Assembly: GCA_963753345.1 (NCBI GenBank)
Contig: CAVWBU010000016.1
Coordinates: 32,001 to 96,000, forward strand
Direction: 5' to 3'
DNA from: an uncultured Fibrobacterota bacterium
Lineage (GTDB): Bacteria > Fibrobacterota > Chitinivibrionia > Chitinivibrionales > FEN-1185
DNA length: 64,000 nt
The notes below the pieces were generated by a model, which saw nothing but the letters and a program-made list of their open reading frames with translations, made no database searches and was not told the origin of the DNA. A program made the translations under genes and the position numbers. Below, piece after piece: positions 59,401 through 64,000 of this stretch (position 1 is its first letter; each line of letters begins with the position of its first letter).

Positions 59401-62144
59401 ATTCCTTTGATGGACGGGTCGAGCGCCAGCGCCTTGCGGTATGCCGCAAGCGCGCCGGAATTTTCCTTCTGCGCATAGAGAAGGTCGCCCAGGCTTTTCT
59501 GTGCCGATGCATCGGACGGCTTGAGCGCAAGATATTTGCGCAGATACCCCGACGCCTCGGCGCCCTGCGAGGAGTCCTGCTGCGCAATGGTGTACAGGAG
59601 CTTGAACACTTCCGGATTGCCCGGCGTGAGGACAGCGAGCTGGTTGAGCGTGGCGGAGGCTTTCTTGTAGTTCTTTGCGAAGTAGCACGCCTGACCATAC
59701 TGCATGAGAAAACCCGTACGCTTGGTGTCTTCGCCGCTCACCATGGCAAAGTACTTTGCGGCCTCGTCGTAATTCTTCTGCTTGAAGGCGTACGATCCCA
59801 CGGCCAGCGCCACCTTGGAATCGTCTTTCCGCTTGTCAAGATACCTCTTGTAAATGGCCGCCGCCTCGGCCTCCTTGTTCTGCCTGGTGTACAGGTCGCC
59901 GAGAGCCTTGAGCTCGTCGACGGCCGCGGGATTGAGCGCGACCACCTGCTCGTAGGTGACCACCGCCGCGTCAATGGCGCCCGTTTTCGCCTGGCACTGC
60001 GCCAGACCGGCAAGCACCGGAACGTCCTTGGGATTCTTTGCAATGGCGCTCTGAAACAGATCTATCGCCTTGGTGCAGTTCCCCTGCCGCTGGTACGAAA
60101 GCGCGAGCGTCGCATACATGTTCGCATCGGCCTCGCCGGCGGCAACGGCACCGGCAAGGGCGGCGGTGAGCTCTTCACGCGGACCGCGCGTCATGATGAT
60201 TTCGGCGTACTGTTTGTAAAACCCCTTGATCGTCGGATCAAGCTTGATGGCGGCGTGGAACGCTGCGAGCGCCGCGTCGAAGTTCTTGACATCGTAGTAC
60301 AGGAGCCCGAGGTTCCGCTGCGCCACCGGGTCTGCGGCATTGAACGTGATGTACTTCTTGAGATACGTCGCCGCCGAGGCCTTGTCGCCGCTGTTGAGCG
60401 TTATCTCGTACAGGCTCTTGAACACCTCGGGGTTCTGCGGGGTGAGCGCGGAAAGCTCCTTGTAAATGTCGAACGCCGCCTTGTAGTCCCGCTGGGAAAG
60501 TTCGTACGCGCCCAGGCGCAGGCGCGACTCAACGTTGGTCTTGTCGAGCTCGATCACTTTCTTGTCGGCATAGGCCATATTGACCATGTCGTTGAGCTTT
60601 TTATAGCAGTAGGCAAGCTGTTTCCAGTACTCGACCTCGAACGGCTTTTTTCCCACGAGGACATCAAGCTGTTCCTTTGCCTCCTTGTATTTGTCGCTTC
60701 TCAGGTACCCCTTCGAAAGCACCATCCGCGGCTCCATGAGCGTGGGGTCGAGCCTGACTGCGGATTCCGCCGCGTCAATGGCCTTGTCCCACTGTTCGAG
60801 CGCGGACGCGGCCTGGGCGATGCCCGCCGCAGCCTTCACGTTTCTGTCGATGAGATAGCTCTTTTCGTAGTATTTCAGCGCGTCCGCGTACTTCTTCGCC
60901 TTGAGGTTGTAGTCGCCGAGCGTGATGAATATCTTGGGATCGTTGGGACTTATCGCAATTATTTTTTCGTACACTTTATTCGCCTTGTCGGGCATGCCGC
61001 TCTTCGTGTAGAAATCGGCAAGGTGCGCATATGCCTCGACGTTCTTGGTGTCGGTCGCGACGACCTTTTCCATGCACGCAATGGCCCTGGCGAAGTTGCC
61101 CGTACCGCTGTACGCATCTGCGAGCAGAAACTGAATGTCGGGAACCCGTGTTCCATCGGAATCCGCCGCTGCGATAAAGCGAAAATGGACAAGCGCGGAC
61201 TCGAAGTTTTTCTTTCCAAGGTCGTAGTTTCCCGCCTTGAGGTGCGACGTGATGGCCTCCGGGGACTTGTCACCCGCAAAGGCGTCCGCGGCCGCACGGT
61301 AGGCAGTAAGCGCGCTTTCTGCGCTGCCGGTTTTTTCCTGCGAAACCGCGCGGTAATACTGGTCCATCGCTTCAAGTTTTATCTTGCTGGCGATTTTCTC
61401 AAATTCATTCGCCGCGGCGAGGAACTTGTCCTTGAGGTAATATGCGCGCGCAAGCGCAAGGTTGGCGGCATACAGATTCGGGTTCCGGGCAATGGCGTCC
61501 TTGAGGTAGTAAATGGCCGAATCGAGCCGGTTCGCTTCAACGAGCGACCTGCCGATTCTGTATGCGTCGTCGGCGTTGGGCTGGGAAGCATAGGCAACCT
61601 TGAGCAGCGGTATTGCCTTCTTGTATTCCTGTTGCTGCCAGTAAATCTTGGCCAGTCCCCTGCTCGCGGCCGCGTTTGACGGATCTGATTGGATCACTCG
61701 TTCGAGCGCTTCCTTAGCCTCGTCCGTTTTCTTGAGCGCTATGCATGCCTTGGCGTATTCCCAGCTTGCCTCACCCGTGGCCTGAAGGTCCATGGCCTTT
61801 TTCGCGAACATCGCGGCGTTGTCGGGCTGGTTCAAATTATTGTAGACACGCGCCACGCCAAGCTGGGCGTCGTAGCTCTTGACGTCCATGCGCGACGCGA
61901 CCAGAAAACAGGCGAGCGCCTTTTCGGTGGTCCCGAGTTCCTCGTTGGCGATGCCGACCTTTACCCACACGTCTGCGGTGCGCACGTTGGACGGCAGCTT
62001 CGAGTCTGCATAGGCAATGGCGTCCTGGTACTTCTTCGACCGCACGAGCTGGTCGAGCGTAGAATCCGCAAATGCGGCAAACGCGACCGCCCCGATTCCG
62101 AATGAAAGGAAAAAAACGCGAATACTCCCCCGGCGTATCTTCAT
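56430..62144 (-). CDS. Giant exported TPR protein (1904 aa)
   Basis: GGGAGAG RBS; signal peptide; TPR motifs throughout; four ~273-aa super-repeats. Confidence 0.9.
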   Translation of the reverse strand: MKIRRGSIRVFFLSFGIGAVAFAAFADSTLDQLVRSKKYQDAIAYADSKLPSNVRTADVWVKVGIANEELGTTEKALACFLVASRMDVKSYDAQLGVARVYNNLNQPDNAAMFAKKAMDLQATGEASWEYAKACIALKKTDEAKEALERVIQSDPSNAAASRGLAKIYWQQQEYKKAIPLLKVAYASQPNADDAYRIGRSLVEANRLDSAIYYLKDAIARNPNLYAANLALARAYYLKDKFLAAANEFEKIASKIKLEAMDQYYRAVSQEKTGSAESALTAYRAAADAFAGDKSPEAITSHLKAGNYDLGKKNFESALVHFRFIAAADSDGTRVPDIQFLLADAYSGTGNFARAIACMEKVVATDTKNVEAYAHLADFYTKSGMPDKANKVYEKIIAISPNDPKIFITLGDYNLKAKKYADALKYYEKSYLIDRNVKAAAGIAQAASALEQWDKAIDAAESAVRLDPTLMEPRMVLSKGYLRSDKYKEAKEQLDVLVGKKPFEVEYWKQLAYCYKKLNDMVNMAYADKKVIELDKTNVESRLRLGAYELSQRDYKAAFDIYKELSALTPQNPEVFKSLYEITLNSGDKASAATYLKKYITFNAADPVAQRNLGLLYYDVKNFDAALAAFHAAIKLDPTIKGFYKQYAEIIMTRGPREELTAALAGAVAAGEADANMYATLALSYQRQGNCTKAIDLFQSAIAKNPKDVPVLAGLAQCQAKTGAIDAAVVTYEQVVALNPAAVDELKALGDLYTRQNKEAEAAAIYKRYLDKRKDDSKVALAVGSYAFKQKNYDEAAKYFAMVSGEDTKRTGFLMQYGQACYFAKNYKKASATLNQLAVLTPGNPEVFKLLYTIAQQDSSQGAEASGYLRKYLALKPSDASAQKSLGDLLYAQKENSGALAAYRKALALDPSIKGIYKRYFELATALGVQTDISAALSGAINAGEADAGMYASQGNTYQREAQYAKAIQMFQKSLATDPKNTAVLMALASCQVKAGNSAEASVTYEQVLALSPQDARVNKLLGDMYLAQNKKDLAIATYKKYLDKQPKDYAVAYTIGEYAYTNKNYDEAAKYLGMVAGTETKTSAYLSMYAYSCYQKKDYDKAKDLYAQLAILTPNNPDVYRILYTIAWQDSSQRTAAAGYLRKYLALKPSDATAQKNLGDLLYERKEFPGALAAYKKALALDPTIKGIYKRYFEMATEQGLSAEVSAAVKGAIAAGEADAAMYNAQGIVYEKQGLYPQAIQMFQKALASDPKNTALLMALGACQVKTGNTTEAAVTYEQVIAVNPQEMRVYKLLGEMYLQQKKQDQAVTVYKKYLEKQPKDYAIAVFVGQDAFKNKNYDDAVRYFGMVAGEDARKVSFLNAYAQACLQKKDYDKAKELLRQVAAIEPANADAYKSLYDIAMHNNEKEAAIAYLKKYIAINPHDADAQKDLGDYLYDQKDLSGAFLAYRTALSIDPSVKGVYKRYAELVVARGTPEEVVAVLTKMVASGEADASTYATLGSIYEKKMLYPKAMASYNKALSLDQKNTALLSSLARCQLRSGNTADAIVSYQQVVAINPDATQECKVLGDLYMKEQKRDDAIEAYKKYLAKSTTNDPDIALLVAEDEFKKKNYEETIKLLNKAVKEKGEDVEFLFLYGRAYYYAKDYRKSADIFERLHGLSKSGKAKNPHNAVTLRMLADSYEKTGDNANAASAYAAYVKLPDVNDPEASYRRAQIEESLNPASAARIYEENLAKNPKDYRNYLGAGLLYAKQPANLEKAAMLLKKGLSLKDTLPLMWIEIGKIYGKLGKPKLETEAYQTYIQHDATNPDACEDIGITLLNRRLFNDAMVFLEMANALKANTPDYMYQLARGYVKTDRLTDALPLLEKAEKLKQDDEKIKSLYNFVLQKASGGKTTTGKQDANTDW

Positions 62145-62360
62145 GGCTCTCCCCTTATGTATAACTGCTGGAAGCTGACATCACCCATTGCACGGCGCAA
62201 AACGGAAAGAAACTCAGAAAAGGCATTACCTGTAAAATTACTTTTTATACCGCTTAACTCCCACTGGAAAATAACGGAAAGGCAAAATTGCATGTTTTGC
62301 AATATTTCCAAGCCGCATGACGTATGTATCGTGGACACCAGCAAAGATTATTTTAGGTCG

Positions 62361-62742
62361 GGAAAGAAGGTCGGGCAATCGCTCCTATTCATCGGAGAGG
62401 AAAGTCCGGGCACCACAGGACAGGATACCTTGCGTCAAGCAAGGGACTCCGGGAAACCGGGGTACGGAAAGTGTCACAGAGACCAGACCGCCCTTCGCGC
62501 GGAGCAATCCGTGCGGGGAGTGAGATGTGAAAAGGCGGGGTAAGAGCCCACCGCGCTTCCTGGTAACAGGGAGCGGCTGAAAAACCCTATCCGGTGCAAG
62601 ACCAAGCATGAAGGAGGCGCCCGTAAGGGCGCGGAAGCTGTCCGTTTCCAATTCCTTCGGGTAGGTCGCTCAATGCCCAGGTGAAAGCCCGGGCCAGACA
62701 AATGATTGCTAAAACAGAACCCGGCTTACGGACCTTCTTTCC
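62361..62742 (+). ncRNA. rnpB: RNase P RNA (type A-like)
   Basis: GAGGAAAGTCCGGGC; GGAAAGTGTCACAGA; GGTAAGAGCCCACC; AACAGAACCCGGCTTAC; P1 GGAAAGAAGGTC/GACCTTCTTTCC; followed by a T tract. Confidence 0.97.
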
Positions 62743-62820
62743 TTTTTTTTCCGGCCGGCAGCGCCCGCAGAGCTCGTTTTCGATGACATCTTTTTTTCAC
62801 GGCGGCCGCCCAATCACCCA

Positions 62821-64000
62821 ATGAACCATCTCCCCGCGAAAATCCTCCTCCTGTGCCTCGCGATGCCGCCATGCGCGTTCTTCTCCGTCAAGGCGGATAC
62901 GCTCGAGCTGCTCGAACCGGCCGTGCCGGCCGATTCCATGCTCTCTTTTCCCAAGAAAATCGTGGAAATCAATTACTGCGGCAACCGCGTCACCAATCCC
63001 CGGATGCTGCGGCTGTACCTCGGCATCGACACGGGCATGGTCTACGACTCCGTCCTCATCGCGGCGGGAAAAAAGCGGCTCATGGACACCTACCTTTTCT
63101 CAAAAGTCGAGGTTCTCCGCCTGCAGAATGCCGACGGCGTGCATGTGTGGATTCTCGTGACCGAATTCTTCTACTGGGTTCCCACCGGCGGCGGCGAAAT
63201 AATTTCGGGAAGGTACGGCGATTCAAGCCAGGTCTGGTACCGGCTGCGCCTCGGCGTGAGCCTGCTGAACTTCCGGGGGCTTTTCGAAACATTTACGGTA
63301 AGCGGTTCGGTATGGGACGACAAGGCGCTCTCCCTGTCATGGAGCAAGCCGTTGGTCCCCTCCCCGTACAATTTCAGCATCGGCGCCGCGGTGGAAGAAT
63401 ACCCCGACGTGAGTTTTCCACGGAGAAGGTTCGTGGCAAACAGCAGGGTGTCGTTCGGACGAAGGTTCTTCTCGAATTCGAGATCGTATTTGTCAATAGC
63501 ACCCACCTACAACAAGATCACCCGCATCGACTCGACCGACGTTTCGAACAGCCGGGTGAGCTACGAGGAAGTTGTTACGCAGTGGGGATGGGTGACGGAC
63601 AGGAGAAACACCTCCTTTGACCCCACCGCGGGCTGGTCCATCCATACCGCGCTCAACACGAACGCTGTCTACGCCGGACTCAACAACCCCTATCTTCAAT
63701 GGATGAACGACCTGAAACTGTACCACGGCGGTTTTTTCTCTGCAGACCGTTTTGCATGCCGTCTCACCTTGACGCTCCGGACCAACGACGCCGGACCGTA
63801 CCGGGCCCTGTACATCGGCGGCGACGGGTCGGTGCGCGGGTGGGCGCGCGACGAACTCGGGCGGTCCGCCGTCATGAACGACTTCGCTGTTGCGTCGGGC
63901 GAATACCGCTTCCCGATCTGGCGACCCACACCGTCCTTCGACGTGCCGATGCTCTGCGACTACGCCCCGAGTCTCAGGGGCTTCTATCTCCGCGCGGACG
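62821..64000 (+). CDS. Omp85 (BamA/TamA-like) protein with a POTRA domain; runs off the window
   Basis: Manual translation from ATG 62821: signal peptide; IVEINYCGNRVT...RLMDTYLFSKVEV POTRA; N.FRG; DRR..FDP..G; GGDGSVRGW; EYRFP. Confidence 0.85.
   Translation, partial: MNHLPAKILLLCLAMPPCAFFSVKADTLELLEPAVPADSMLSFPKKIVEINYCGNRVTNPRMLRLYLGIDTGMVYDSVLIAAGKKRLMDTYLFSKVEVLRLQNADGVHVWILVTEFFYWVPTGGGEIISGRYGDSSQVWYRLRLGVSLLNFRGLFETFTVSGSVWDDKALSLSWSKPLVPSPYNFSIGAAVEEYPDVSFPRRRFVANSRVSFGRRFFSNSRSYLSIAPTYNKITRIDSTDVSNSRVSYEEVVTQWGWVTDRRNTSFDPTAGWSIHTALNTNAVYAGLNNPYLQWMNDLKLYHGGFFSADRFACRLTLTLRTNDAGPYRALYIGGDGSVRGWARDELGRSAVMNDFAVASGEYRFPIWRPTPSFDVPMLCDYAPSLRGFYLRAD

Overview
GC-rich bacterial chromosomal window, probably Fibrobacterota (inferred from a TIGR02171-like sulfatase-modifying-domain lipoprotein, a PorV-like barrel and many secreted proteins). 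It is mostly housekeeping and envelope genes: lepB, a divergent aroC, an M16 peptidase pair, PhoH, aconitase, DsbD, a PpiC foldase, two signalling proteins, an rnf operon, pilin, OmpA, U32, mltG, a giant TPR protein, Omp85, tRNA-Val(CAC) and rnpB. The main observations are: (1) an AT-rich island at about 49.3-51.6 kb built like two integron-type gene cassettes, with attC-like hairpins, complementary ends and no integrase in the window; one cassette is non-coding and the other carries a wHTH-like + NYN nuclease operon with a predicted convergent ~60-nt antisense RNA; (2) two families of structured intergenic repeats at 26-29 kb, one showing compensatory base changes and an embedded GTAG-type REP palindrome; (3) an rnf operon whose rnfG is reduced to a 61-aa membrane anchor; (4) several apparent pseudo-enzymes; (5) four single-frameshift genes that may be sequencing errors. 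All calls come from reading the sequence; no searches were run.
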